Positions 52,526 to 64,000 of a DNA stretch of 64,000 nucleotides are shown here, in pieces (position 1 is the first letter of the stretch; every line of letters begins with the position of its first letter). Where the stretch lies: the NCBI RefSeq assembly GCF_036321535.1, contig NC_087437.1:32180001-32244000 (forward strand), written 5' to 3'. A model generated the notes under the pieces. That model had not been told where the DNA came from. It saw only the letters and a program-made list of their open reading frames with translations, and did not search any database. The DNA is from Camelus dromedarius. Lineage: Eukaryota. A program made the position numbers and the translations under genes.

Positions 52526-52622
52526 ATTTTTACAGCCCCCTTCTACATGAACATGGATAGAATCATGCCCTTACAATTTGCATACTGTAAGTTAAAGAAC
52601 CAGAAGAAAACGTTTAAGATCG
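52526..52622 (+). pseudogene. SLC66A1L: SLC66A1L exon B (open frame; 3' end at 52613 or 52622)
   Basis: tttaccactccAG|IFTAPFYMNMDRIMPLQFAYCKLKNQKKT. A probable decayed donor TTAAG sits at 52614 and an intact G|GTAAC at 52623, both phase 1. Confidence 0.9.
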
Positions 52623-53434
52623 GTAACAGTTCATTCTAATACTTCTATTCGTAATTGACATTTTTCTCATTTAAAAACCAATAGAACATTTTAGAGTTAT
52701 TTTCAATGCAATAAGGTAGACTTTGATAAGGCATAACATTTCTCTTAATCATCCCAATGAGTCCTTTCAGAATTTTAGGATGTGGCATATTTAGATTCCA
52801 TGCTATTTTATCTTTTATTTCAATTGGCCTATGTGATTGAAAAAATGATCAGAAATATTAGATCAGAAAACTTTTGGTTCCTCTAGGTAAGAGATTGGCA
52901 GGAAAAGTCAAATATTCTTAGAAAGATTTCTGTAGGTGTTAAATAGTACCACTTTTTCTCTCTTGGCCACTCCTGAAACATATCCTCCCCCAAATCATAA
53001 CTTCAAATAGCTCCTAAGTGTTTACTGCTTGTCAGTGCTATTGTAACTCTTCCAACCTTCACACTGCAGTAGGGCAGGTACTATTTTTATTTTCAGAGAC
53101 TGGCACAGAATAGGACATCAGCATGTATTTGTCAAATAACTGAATACGATCATTTTTACTTTTGCTTTGATTACAGTTTCTTTAAATGACTGTTAAACTG
53201 TTTGTTTCTTCATTTGTTCATTTATGAACCAACACAAAAGTGAAATTTGTTTTCAGCCATGTCAAGGACAGTAGTGCGCTTCTCTCCTTAGGATTCATGG
53301 GGCCCATTTCTTACTGCCTCCTGGTGGCTGTAACTATTACAAGGGCGAGAACAGGTACTGAAATCTACAAAATCATCTCCAAAGCCCACGGGGGACTATG
53401 GTGAGGAAGGCAGGGGACACCCTCCAGTTGTGCA

Positions 53435-53585
53435 CCAGGTACTGTGCTAGGCCTTTTACATGTGCTCTCTGCTCTAATTCTTCACAGCAACTTCCGTTAT
53501 ACAGATGAGGAAACTGAGGCATGAATACACTGAATCAAGGTTGCAAAGCTGGTGAGTAGAAGCGTTAGATTTCAAAGTCGGCATA
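53435..53585 (-). mobile_element. MIR SINE
   Basis: ccaggtactgtgctagg...acagatgaggaaactgaggc. Confidence 0.75.
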
Positions 53586-53878
53586 AGGTGATGTCAGGAA
53601 TATATCTGACCAATTCACACTGTAACTCGTGTCATGTGAATCGTAACTTCGTAAGAAGAGGGTCTACCTCCGTCTGTTCAATACTGAGTCCCTAGGACCT
53701 AGCACACAGCAGGCATTTGGCGAATAGTGGTGGAATGGAATGAATTATAAAATAAGTGGGTGTGCTCACTCAGTGTCCTTCCACCCAACACCTAAGTATA
53801 TTAAATAAAGTAGGGCATCAAGAACTAAAGTCAAGTCACTACTTGGTTAAAAAAAAAAAACACTAAAATAATGAGATA

Positions 53879-53904
53879 CGTGTGTGTGTGTGTGTGTGTG
53901 TGTG
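53879..53904 (+). repeat. (TG)n microsatellite
   Basis: Read directly. Confidence 0.95.
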
Positions 53905-55653
53905 CATACATATGTGTATCTGTACACACATGGTCACCACCATAACTAGTTCAATCAATCTAGAACTAATGCTGAATTTCTGAGGCAGTCTAAAACAGTA
54001 TGACAGGCTAAGCTCTCTTCAGTTTACTCCCTTAGGCCTAAATTGAGCAGCTCATACAATTTATGAGGTTTCTGGGACAGTTTTGCTTGGCTGCAATATC
54101 TTCTGTGAGCAAAATAGACTGAATTTGGAATGATGTTAAACTTAGGGTCAAAGCAGGGTTCAACAGAAAATGAAGTTTTGTAAAGGAACGTGTGCTCGAT
54201 TGTTCCTCAAACCTGGGGTGTTAGGGGATAAAGCAAATCCCCCAGATACAAAATGGGTTTGAAGGTGATTTTTTATTGAAGTCTATTGTCTTAACATGTG
54301 GTTGTAATATGCACAAAACCGTGAGTTCTACCTTTGCAGTTGTAACTCCACAAATGTTTTTAAATAAATGCTTCATCAGTTTGATGTTAAAGTGGGAATG
54401 ATTTACCCAGAATCTTGCAATCAGACATCTGTGTGTCTGGTGTCTACTGATACTAACCCTAATACAGATGCAATGTAACTAAAAAATTAAAAATCAGATG
54501 CAGAAGTTAAAACTGTAAGGATTTAACTCTGTTCCTGGCATCCCATGGTAGACATCAGTCTGATTAATAAGGGACCAAGTTCTCTACTTCAACATAGGCT
54601 TTTTGTATGTTAGTTTTTATTTTTGGTTTCACCTTTCACATTTGTTAAGGTTCTATATCCCATTATTTCCTAGCTCCCTAAACAAGAATATTCAGTTTGA
54701 TCCTCATTCCTGGAAGTTTGCATGCTTTTATTATTACCTGGCAGAGTAAGACCAGAGCCAGCCAGCGCCCATGGAGAAGGAGTCATTCTGTTCTTATGGT
54801 TTATAGACCAGCTGCTTTTTGTTTTTTTCCTTGGAGAGCTTTCCAAACTGTACCTTGTCTGGCACTGCTGATTGAACATTGAGTGATCTAGATGTGGATA
54901 TGGGAGATGTGGTCCTTAGGAGGTAATTACTTGGTTTATAGCATCTTGGAGCACTGGCATGAATTATTCAGTTTTGCATTCCTGGTCCCTAGAAATGTAG
55001 GTGTTTGTTAAGAATTTGATTGAATGACTCCTCTTTCCACCATCGCAGGACCCCTGCTTGGCATGTCCCAGTGGTGTCTGGGTTTCCCTTGGTCACTTCG
55101 CCTTTTCTCTGTCTCAAGTACACGTCTTTTGGCTGCCTCTTTCCTTCTTTCTGAGGCCTGGATCACCCTCCCTGTTACTGCTTGTAATTTCTGCTGGCTA
55201 TTGCTGCCACTCACACCACTTTTCATCTCCTCTCTCCTATCCAGCACTGTCTTCCCTCTCCATCTCTGTCTGCAGTGTTCTTGTCTGCTGTCCCCTCCCA
55301 AGGCCAGTCAGCACTAGTATGGAGGCACTGAGCTTATAAACATGTAGCTGGGCAATTAAACAGCACTGTCCTTTCCTGTCATCGATTCAGATAATCACCA
55401 CAGTTCATCAGGCGCTACCTGTGGCCACTCTTCCCAGATGTACTTGGTGACACTGAGTTCTAAGAAAATGATGTTTGTTTTTTTTTCCTGGATAAGTTTT
55501 ATTGTGGAGCCATCCCAGAAATGCAAGTATTCTGGAGATTAAATACCAGATAAGTGCTATTTAGCTGCAGTAATTCCTTTCAATGTCCCGCTGGGTATCA
55601 GTTCAGTGGCGTTTGGCATTTATTCACCATTGCCTCGTTTGTTTGTTTTCAAG

Positions 55654-55770
55654 CACGAGGGAGTAGGAGCCCGCAGAATTTATGTGTGATCGGGGGACTG
55701 GTGTTCATTGTGCTGTCAGTGGTGATACCCAGTATTACTGAAGAATTGACATAGGACTTCAACGGGAGTG
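55654..55770 (+). pseudogene. SLC66A1L: SLC66A1L exon C (TM4 linker; stop/frameshift; 3' end uncertain)
   Basis: gtttgttttcaAG| phase 1, then (A)RGSRSPQNLCVIGGLVFIVLSVVIPS, a hydrophobic helix. TAG follows at 55752-55754, and the shifted frame gives LLKN* (TGA). Confidence 0.7.
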
Positions 55771-56597
55771 TAAAAGGGAATTTTCATATGAGAGCCATAA
55801 GCTCTTTCTTTTGGATCCATTTTTGGGGTTACTTTAGAAATATTTTTGCAGTTTTTCACTGTTGTTAATCTTATAACCTCTGCAAAGATATTGTGGATGT
55901 GCTAAAGTTAGTCTAGGAAATATCTTATTTCAAAGAAGACATGAGAGTTGGCTGGGAGGAATCCACACCCCTTCCATGTTCTCCCAATAAAAAAATTCAT
56001 GAAATAATTTTTATTAACTTTTTGAACTACATCTAAGAAACTTTAAGCCTTTGGGATTTCACAAATTATGAACTGGCACACCAGAATTGATCAGGGTTGG
56101 TAAAATCTAGATACATGAAAATCCAGAGGGCATCCTCTCCCCTCGTGGAAGAGCTTGGTGGGCAGGAAGGCCTGACCCAAACTGCAGAGGCCCATCCTGC
56201 TGGTGAACCTGCCCACATAGCCCCTCCCCCAGGCAGATTATTTTATATTGGTCAAAGAACAGGTTCCATGGGGCTGACTCAGAAATCCACATGGAAACCA
56301 GGTAAATAAACCCATACTGAAGTTACTTAAGAAAAAAAATTTAATTGTCTTTTTTCAAAACAACTTAGCATCTCTGAGCAGACAGATAAGTGACTTTACT
56401 ATCTTATTAGGGACTACCATCCATCCTAGAAAAAGATGCTTAGTATTCATTGTCTCCAAAATAACAAAGACACAGGGAAAAAAAATTTCCATACCAGTTT
56501 TCTCTAATGACTCCCAGTCCCTTTAAAATACTTAGATCCTAAAGTATGTTTGCATTGCTCCTTAATGCTATCATTCTTTCTGCGTTATTGCTTTTAG

Positions 56598-56693
56598 GAT
56601 GCTCTTGGCATAATTGAAATGGCAGGCTTTATTTGTGACTATAGATCCTGTATATTTTACTTAAGATCTTGATTCCCCCAACTATATAGAAAT
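56598..56693 (+). pseudogene. SLC66A1L: SLC66A1L exon D (96 nt, in-frame TGA)
   Basis: ttattgcttttAG|DALGIIEMAGFICDYRSCIFYLRS*FPQLYRN|GTAAGT. TGA at 56670-56672 replaces the Arg of the family SR(F/L)PQ motif. Confidence 0.93.
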
Positions 56694-57689
56694 GTAAGTA
56701 CATTATTTGTTCTGTATGCTCTGATCAATCAAAAATGCTTCTTAGTTCTTTCTGTCTACCTTTGGAAGATGACTGAGGAGTACACTTGGGACCAATGACA
56801 TGGAAGTCACAGTGTTGAATTGATTCTTGGTCAGATTGTTTTGTTTGTTAAGCTCCTTTCGGGTTAGGCAGCAGAATAGAGATCAGCTAGAATTTTAGTC
56901 TAAATCTGTTTGGCTGGGCTTGCATATTAACATTAATATAATGAAGTCACAACAAATTATACAAAGCATTTGGAATGGGTATGGTGGTTGCTTCAACTTG
57001 TGAAAAACTCACTATTCCCCTGCATTTTGCAGCTGACATACTTCATTGCGGCAATGCAGAAAGGACTCAACTTAGAGATGTGCATTTTATCTTCCTGCCT
57101 TTTTAACCATCCAAGGATTACTTGAGTTTCCCAATTATATATTCTCTCATTCTGTCAGGTTCTGGAAATTGAAACCTCTAACTAAATTTTTGAACGTTTA
57201 GTGGGAATACAATAATACTTTTCTTTAAGCAATACATTTGAATTTCCACATGGTCCAAATATTCTTACACACTGATCAGTATTTTGAAATGAAGTATTGC
57301 AAAAGGTAATGTATATAATATATAACATATAGCTCTTGATATGTATATAACCCAAGAGGAATAAATAATCCAGTAATAGCAACAATGAAGCACACTGCAG
57401 ACTCTGAATAAAGAAGTTTTGTGGAAACAACACTCTCTTCGAGGGAGATTACCATGGTCTCTCCCTCAGAATTGCCTTGAAAATGATCCCAAGAGGCAGC
57501 TTCATAGTAGGTAAGCATTTACTAACTCCCAATCCAATATTGGAGCTAAGTGATAGGTTCTAAATGACACTTAAAAAGGCATTAACTGACACCAATATCA
57601 CACATATAAGATATTTTAAATATTAAAATTTGGTACTTTCTAATCTTGAAGGAAATGGGTGAGAAAAGATCTGTAGAATTAACTATAAC

Positions 57690-58490
57690 ATGTCTGGACA
57701 TCAAATATAGATATAAAATCAGAACATGAAGGACACATTAGGAAATACACATGGTGAATAACAGAATGTTAATAAGAATTTCCATAACTGAGAAGAAAAG
57801 AAGTCTAAAAGAAAGATTTACATAGGACTTAAAAACAGATAATTAAAGAAGAAATAGAAATAATTAAAACATACATGATAAATAACTTAACCTCTCTAGG
57901 AATTGAATACAGGCAAAATGAATAGACCAAAAATAATAGACCTTTTTAGTCTATCAAATTAGCAAACATAAACTGTGGGAATCAAAGCTGATAAGGGCCG
58001 AGCTTGTTGGCACACCCATACTCTGCTGAGTAGATGTGTAAATTTCTACAGCCTTTCTAGAAGACATTTTAGCAGTTTGTATCAAGAGCCTTCAAAGTAT
58101 GAATTTCCCATCTAGATATCTATTCTAAGGAAATTACTAGAAAAATGCAAGAAGATGTACCTACTCAGAAATTTGTCACAAGGCTGTCTGTAAGACTGAG
58201 GACAACCTAAATGGTCATTTACAATGAAATGTTCTAAAGTCATTAAAAAAATGTTGATTATAAATTTTTAATGACATGAAGAAATTCTTACAATATATAA
58301 TAGTGGAGAAAAAGAAGGATGAAGTTTTATGTGTATTGTATATGTAGTCATGTACCTTGCATTAAAAGACAGAAAGGAATAAACCAGAATATTATCTCTG
58401 AGAATTGATATTATGAGTGATATTATTTTAGTCTTCATGGTTTCTACATCTTCCAATATTTCCATGATGAGCATATAATATTTTTATAAT
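57690..58490 (+). mobile_element. Degraded old L1 (L1ME-type) 3' region
   Basis: ctatcaaattagcaaa, acagcctttctagaagacattttagcagtttgtatcaa, ctattctaaggaaat. Confidence 0.6.
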
Positions 58491-58587
58491 CAGAAGATGT
58501 CATAAATGCTAAAGAAATATACATTTAAAACTTTTGTGAAGCTATGAATTATGTAGTGAGAACTAGTATCATCCTCACTTCTATTAG

Positions 58588-58780
58588 CTCCAAAGGTCTC
58601 CTGAGGGGATTCCATTTTGCTGTTTGCGCTAGCCGCAGTGGGGAACTGCATGTAGGGACTCAGTGTGGGTTTAAAGGCACCAGCTGCCCGGTGTTCATAG
58701 GAGCACCTGCCTTGTGCATCATCTTCCCTGACTTCTTGGAAGTTTGAGAGTCTTTTGTACTGACTTTTTTTTTTTTTTTG
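58588..58780 (+). pseudogene. SLC66A1L: SLC66A1L exon E (three stops, two frameshifts)
   Basis: cacttctattAG|LQRSPEGI / LLFALAAVGNCM*GLSVGLKAPAARCS* / LVHHLP*LLGSLRVFCTDFF. Stops at 58653, 58698 and 58729; GT at 58781. Confidence 0.9.
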
Positions 58781-59042
58781 GTACCCTTTGCCATCAAAAT
58801 GCCATTTGGGAATAAACATGTACATTATATGGCCTCTTCTAAGAAGTCTAAATAGCTAATGGTGTGGCCATTTCATTATTATACTTGAGATACTCATTTA
58901 TAAAGGAAGACTTTTCCAAAGTCTTCTAGGTTATCAGCATTTTATCAGGGGATCAAATTCAGATGCAGTTTCCTCAGTTATCTTTGGTTCATCAGATAAA
59001 AAAAATTGAGCCAAGATTAAGCATTGAAAGTGGTGCACTTTA

Positions 59043-59624
59043 TGCACCCCAATGTTCACAGCAGCACTATTTACAATAGCCAAGACATGAAAACAATCCA
59101 AATACCCATCAACAGATGAATGGATAAAGAAGATGTGGTACATATATACAATGGAACACTACTCAGCCATAAAAAATAATAAAATGCCATTTGCAGCAAT
59201 ACGGATGGACCTGAAGATTGTCATTCTGAGAGAGGTGGGCCAGAGAGAGAAAGAAGAATACCATATGACATCATTTATATGAGGAATCTAAACAATAACA
59301 ACAACAATAAGGACACAAATGAACTAATTATTATTTATAACTAAGATGACTGATTTCTTGAATATGTTTAGCACATTTGAATGTCCTTTATGATTGGATT
59401 ACCGCATTCTGTTGATTCTTCTTTTGTAGTTGGCTTTATTCCTTTGATAACTATGTAAGTTTAAAAAGCTAAAGCTCTAAACCGTTCTTAGAAACAATTA
59501 GTACATATACATAAACTAAAAAAATGTGGTGTATACTGTATATATGTATTTACATGTAATATAATGTGTATGTGCAGTCAAACCACAATAATTCTACCTA
59601 ATAAAACTGAAAAAGAAAAAAAAA
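59043..59624 (+). mobile_element. TSD-bounded retro-insertion: L1 fragment + unique sequence + poly(A)
   Basis: TSD gaaagtggtgcacttta (59026-59042) / gaaagtggtgcatttta (59625-59641). L1 sequence spans 59043-~59330, AATAAA is at 59600-59605 and the A-tail at 59610-59624. Confidence 0.85.
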
Positions 59625-60254
59625 GAAAGTGGTGCATTTTAGATATGAAATTCTAGTTAGATTATAATGGCAGGTATTAAGAAAAAGAGTCAGGCCACCT
59701 CTGAAAATCTCTACAGAGAACACTTCGAATTCATAAATGGTAACTAGTGCTCTGCCTTGTGTCAATAAAAGTGAATCTTTAGAATGAACAGTTTATGGTA
59801 ATAGACATTTGGAACAATTGCATAATAAATTTAATGAAAATTAACAATAGTGTTTAAACCTACATCCCTTGAATGTAGGGAACAAATATGGGGGCACTCT
59901 TTGTTTTCAGTAACTTAGGTTATTAAAATTTATAATAGTTATGAAATCAAATTGAAATATTATGTTTGTCTTTTACTCACCGATGTCTGTGTCAGAAAAC
60001 ATAGGGGTGCTTATTGTTGACCAGCTTGATAAAACTGGCACTAGCTGTCTTTCAGAATTGCAAAGTGAGGGACCCAGCTCTCGTGTTCTGGATTGTCAGA
60101 GTATCAAATAATCACTTAAGAATCCTTGGCATGAAGTTTGCAGTTAGTTTTTGGATTCAGCAATTAAAGAAAAATCAAAACAGCTTTCTGTCCTTTAGCA
60201 GCTCTTTATGATTTTTATTACTTTGCCATAGATCACTAGCAAGTACTCCCAAAA

Positions 60255-60343
60255 TGTTTTTTTGTTTGTTTGTTTGTTTGGTTTTGGTTTTGTGTGTATG
60301 TGTGTGTTTGTGTGTGTGTGTTTTTGTGTGTGTGTGTGTGTGT
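60255..60343 (+). repeat. Compound (TTTG)n/(TG)n simple repeat
   Basis: Read directly. Confidence 0.9.
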
Positions 60344-63300
60344 AGCAGAAAAATAAAAGCTTCATTTAAAATTGGATACTTTGAGGCAAGAGTGGATACT
60401 AGGAATACACCGTTGAGTGAGTGACAAGGTTGGGACCAATTCCAGAGGTGCCATCCTCAGCAGGTCCTGGAGTGGGAAAGGTAGTCCCAAAACCTGCACA
60501 AAGGGGAATTCTTGACTCATTCTCCTTTCTTCACCTTCTAGTAAGATGGAGGGCAGAGAACTCCATGCCATCGTGGTTAAGAGAGAGCGTATTTGTTTCA
60601 ATTCCTTTCAAATTGGGGGAGTGGGCTGGATTTATGATCTTGTCAATGAACAACCCAAAATACTGTTTTGATTTTAATTTGATCATATGAATGCTTAATC
60701 TCCTGCTCCATGTATTGGAATGCATGGGAGGGTGTTGTCCTCTAAATGACCTTTCCCAAAGTTGAATCCTGAGTCTAAAAGCTGTAACCTAAAACCCAAA
60801 ATCATTGGCCTTAAAGAAATTTCCCTGAGAGAATTAAGCCATTCCTTTTTCATTTCTAAATGCATGTGCCTCTTGTATGCATTCAGAAAGTGTGGTATCC
60901 TTGGCCTCAAGCCTCTCTTGAGTTTTGGGATGCGTGGATAGCAATAGTCTCTCAGCTCCAACTTGATTGGAGCCTGAACCCAACCTCACCCAAAATTAGT
61001 TTTCAAGTCCAAATGCAATTAAAAACAGATGTTTCCAAGCAGACTGAAAAAGGTTGTGAAAAAAACCTTTAGAATTGGGTGAATATGCTTGGTATTTGTA
61101 ATCACTAGGAAGGGAGAAGAAATAAGAGTTGTTCCCGGAAAACCCTCTCTTCCTTCCTCCCCACACGGAGCCCTCCGAGGGCTCAGAATCAGTACCTGTT
61201 GAAGAGGTGTGTTATGATTTGCCAGGCTGGACGTTCCTGCCTGATCCACTTTCTAATCTATTCCAGGTCAAGACAAATTTGCATCTTGAGCGAGGCACTT
61301 CATAATTCTTATTGCTGAGAATGAAGTTCTACCAATAAAAGCAGGGACACATAAAAATAACTTGTTACTCAAAAGTACTAGAATATTAAAGATTCTTAGA
61401 CAGAAAGTTTCATTTAGCACATGCTTTAAAACTCCTTCTAAAGCTAGCCTAATGGCAATTCAGGAAACATTAGTGAGTTTTAGAAGGTCCCCCCCCCCAT
61501 TGAATCAAAACCCCATTAAAGTAAGCATAGGGGGGAAAAGGAGGAAAAAGCTTACTTGTGGACAAATAGTACCCATGAACTTTAATGCATTAAAATGGAT
61601 TCATAAGTTCTTCTAAGATGAAAAACATGTGTCCAATTATTGTGAGATTCACCACTCCTTACAAGTTCAGAGCAGACAGTCCTCATCTCCTTGTCTTAAA
61701 ATGAGTATGTCTATTTTCAGACTAATTTTCAGCATGAAGCCTGGTCCACCATTTGATTTTTAATCTCCTCTTTTATCCTTGGAATCTTGCATTCCTGGTG
61801 CACTTCATCTCTTTTTGTGTGTGGAATAATGTCCTTCAGAAATCTTTGATGCATTGGTGAATTAAAAAGAAAAAAATGAGATGTAAGTGCTTGCTCTATT
61901 TGTCATTTTTAATACGTTTTGAGTCACTTGATTTATGATTAAGCATTTCTTGGGAGAGGAGAATGTTTAAGGTGGTATTTTGAGCTCCATTTAAGGCAAT
62001 TTAGTTGTCATCAGGCCTCCTCACCCCATAACCTTCGTAAGACCCTGCTTCATAAATTGGACCCAAACAATTGGCTTGTGTTTCGAGTAGACAAAGCCTT
62101 ATGGAAATGATACTTGCTAAGTGTTTTTATTGGACATCTGGGTAAGAGTTAGCCTTTGTCAGACCAGTCATGGACCAGAGCTAGCCTGACTCCTACACCC
62201 TTGGTGGCAGTTTCTGCTCTTAGAAAACTCTTTTAAAATTCTTTTAAATTGAGAGGGAATGAGATTTGGATTCATTCTCTGCCCTCCAACTTTCTGCTTT
62301 GATTTCTGATTCTGTGCCTGAGATTGAGGGTGTTCACGCTATTCCTCCTTCATCTGTAGGTCAGGTCTCTGCTTTTAGTGCCTCTCTTGCCCTCCATTTC
62401 ACAGCAGGATGCCCTGGCATTGGGTGGAATCTCTGTAGCCCATGTGATATCCATGTCACACCAGAAAGCTGTCCCTCTGCTAAGGAATGGCAGGGTGGTT
62501 TCAGGCCCTGGAGGGGCTAAGTTGGGTTCAACCAGCTTCAAAGAGTGACTGCGATTGTCTCTACCCTCACTTCTTCCTCTCAGTGAGCCCCCTGAGCCAA
62601 ACTAATGTTGGATGCCAGTGGCATAGAACCTCCTCATTGTCTGTTTGACCCTCGGTGTGAAGGAGGGAAGTTAGTACAACTTCACTCCATTTCTTACTTG
62701 TAAAACTGATCCTTCATTTAAAATAAATAAAAGCAATGAATCTGGTCTCCCTTGGGGGTTGGTTACCACATGAAAAAGACTGAGGAGCTTTCTGTAGTAT
62801 TTTTCATTATTTGTACCATAATATAGAATTTTGTGTTGGGAAACACAGCCTTGACTTAATTCTAAAAATTTCTAAGCCAAAGGTAGAACATCACTTAGAT
62901 GAGAAATTCAAGGACAAAGGCAGGAAGTAATCTGGCCAAATATGAAGCAAAAGCAAATAAAAAAAATATAGAAGAGGGGAAATGTTCAGAGTATTCAAAA
63001 GATGAATTTTATTCTTGTTTAAACTGAGAAAAATGTCCATTCCCCAAGAGAGATTGAATTCCCCCATGACTCAGAGTGCTGACAAGAATAACACACAGTC
63101 CTAGCATGTGGTACTCTCTGTCTTTTTATTGTTGCTCTTCTGAGAGATCTGGGGCTTTTTTAAATGTGGGATTGTAAAAAGTGTGCATCTCATGAAGGTG
63201 TTTATTTAACTCCTTCTGGTGAGGAGAAGGACCTTATTAAATGAAGTTTTCACATGAGTCCTCACTGTGCCTAGATGTGATTTTAGAATTAAGGAGGCAT

Positions 63301-63911
63301 AAATGTCATTGCAGTCTACTGATGATAAACAGTAGTTTTAAAATGTTTTCCAGGTGACAGAGCCATCTCACCTGGGACATCTGAGATGTGCTGTTCTCTG
63401 GAGGAAAGACCCTCAGCAAATCCAGAGTGCAGCATGGTCTTTGCTTTAGTCAGTCCCTGTACTAGCACCAACTAGAGAGCTGCAAACAGAACTTCTAAAG
63501 CCAAAGAATTCTGCCCTAACCAGCTTTCGCCCCTCAGTTTGCTCAGTCAATAATGGATGGAACTGAATGACATCTTTAATAGGCTTTCCAGCTTTAGAAT
63601 TCTTTGGCTATTCTCTATATTCAACTCCAGAGTTTTATTTGTTGGTTTTAATTCCTTTGGGTGTAGAACATTAAGAAAAGGAAGGCAAAGATCAGGAAAG
63701 GGAAACAAGAATGAGAAAGAACTTGGAGAAGAATGAAAAGAAGTAGGTTTATAGATAAGTAATGGGGTGAGAGAACTGTGGGAGGCAGATTAATTTCCTG
63801 TATCTCAGATTTAATATGAGGGGGAAATAGCTGATGATTTGCAGTGTAATTCTGTATGTAGTGTCAGAGTTAATAATCTACTTAACTTTTTACTTTAGAA
63901 AAGCATTCCAG

Positions 63912-64000
63912 GCGGCAGCACAGTTCATTCTATACTGCAGGCAGAGACCAGGATGGCCCAGTCGGGTGGTGCCGGGGGCAGAGCCATTATTGGTTAATGA
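63912..64000 (+). pseudogene. SLC66A1L: SLC66A1L last coding exon F (open to the window edge)
   Basis: gcattccAG|AAAQFILYCRQRPGWPSRVVPGAEPLLVN. The QF..Y and C-terminal EPLL motifs match the PQLC2 C-terminus as I recall it. Confidence 0.88.

Larger units (their letters stand above)
51733..64000 (+). pseudogene. SLC66A1L: SLC66A1L/PQLC2L (PQ-loop lysosomal amino-acid transporter-like) non-processed pseudogene; six recognisable exons, runs off the right edge
   Basis: Colinear exons translate to PQLC2-family motifs (GGDLTNFIGCYLTNQL, KLKNQKK, FYL.S*FPQLYRN, LFALAAVGN, HHLP*LLGS, AQFILY...EPLL) with AG/GT boundaries. The locus is head-to-head with VEPH1, as I recall for human SLC66A1L/C3orf55, and carries several stops and frameshifts. 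Confidence 0.92.

Overview
Mammalian genomic DNA, most likely a camelid, judging from two short tRNA-derived Vic-1-type SINEs and artiodactyl-type L1 3' ends. It is AT-rich and repeat-dense (L1, L2, L3/CR1, MIR, MaLR/ERV LTRs, hAT MERs). Two spliced loci are present that the ORF track largely misses. (1) The 5' end of VEPH1 lies on the minus strand. Its first coding exon (exon 4260-4554, CDS 4397->4260) encodes [46 protein letters not shown]. It is preceded by a CpG-island promoter exon (~8315-8530) and further candidate upstream first exons (donors at 12391, 14416 and 14478). (2) A divergently oriented, intron-containing SLC66A1L/PQLC2L (PQ-loop lysosomal amino-acid transporter-like) gene lies on the plus strand at 51733-64000. 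Six exons can be rebuilt by eye, and the middle ones carry nonsense codons and frameshifts, so it is a non-processed pseudogene. Its first coding exon could not be found. Other points of interest are a TSD-bounded chimeric retro-insertion (L1 fragment + unique sequence + polyA) inside the pseudogene, a probable short L1 3' transduction, a uORF-dense VEPH1 leader, CTCF-type motifs, a MER41-like solo LTR with near-GAS motifs, and repeat-free candidate enhancer blocks. I found no evidence of a wholly new biological system. Protein and repeat-family identifications come from recalled sequences, not database searches, and repeat boundaries are approximate.
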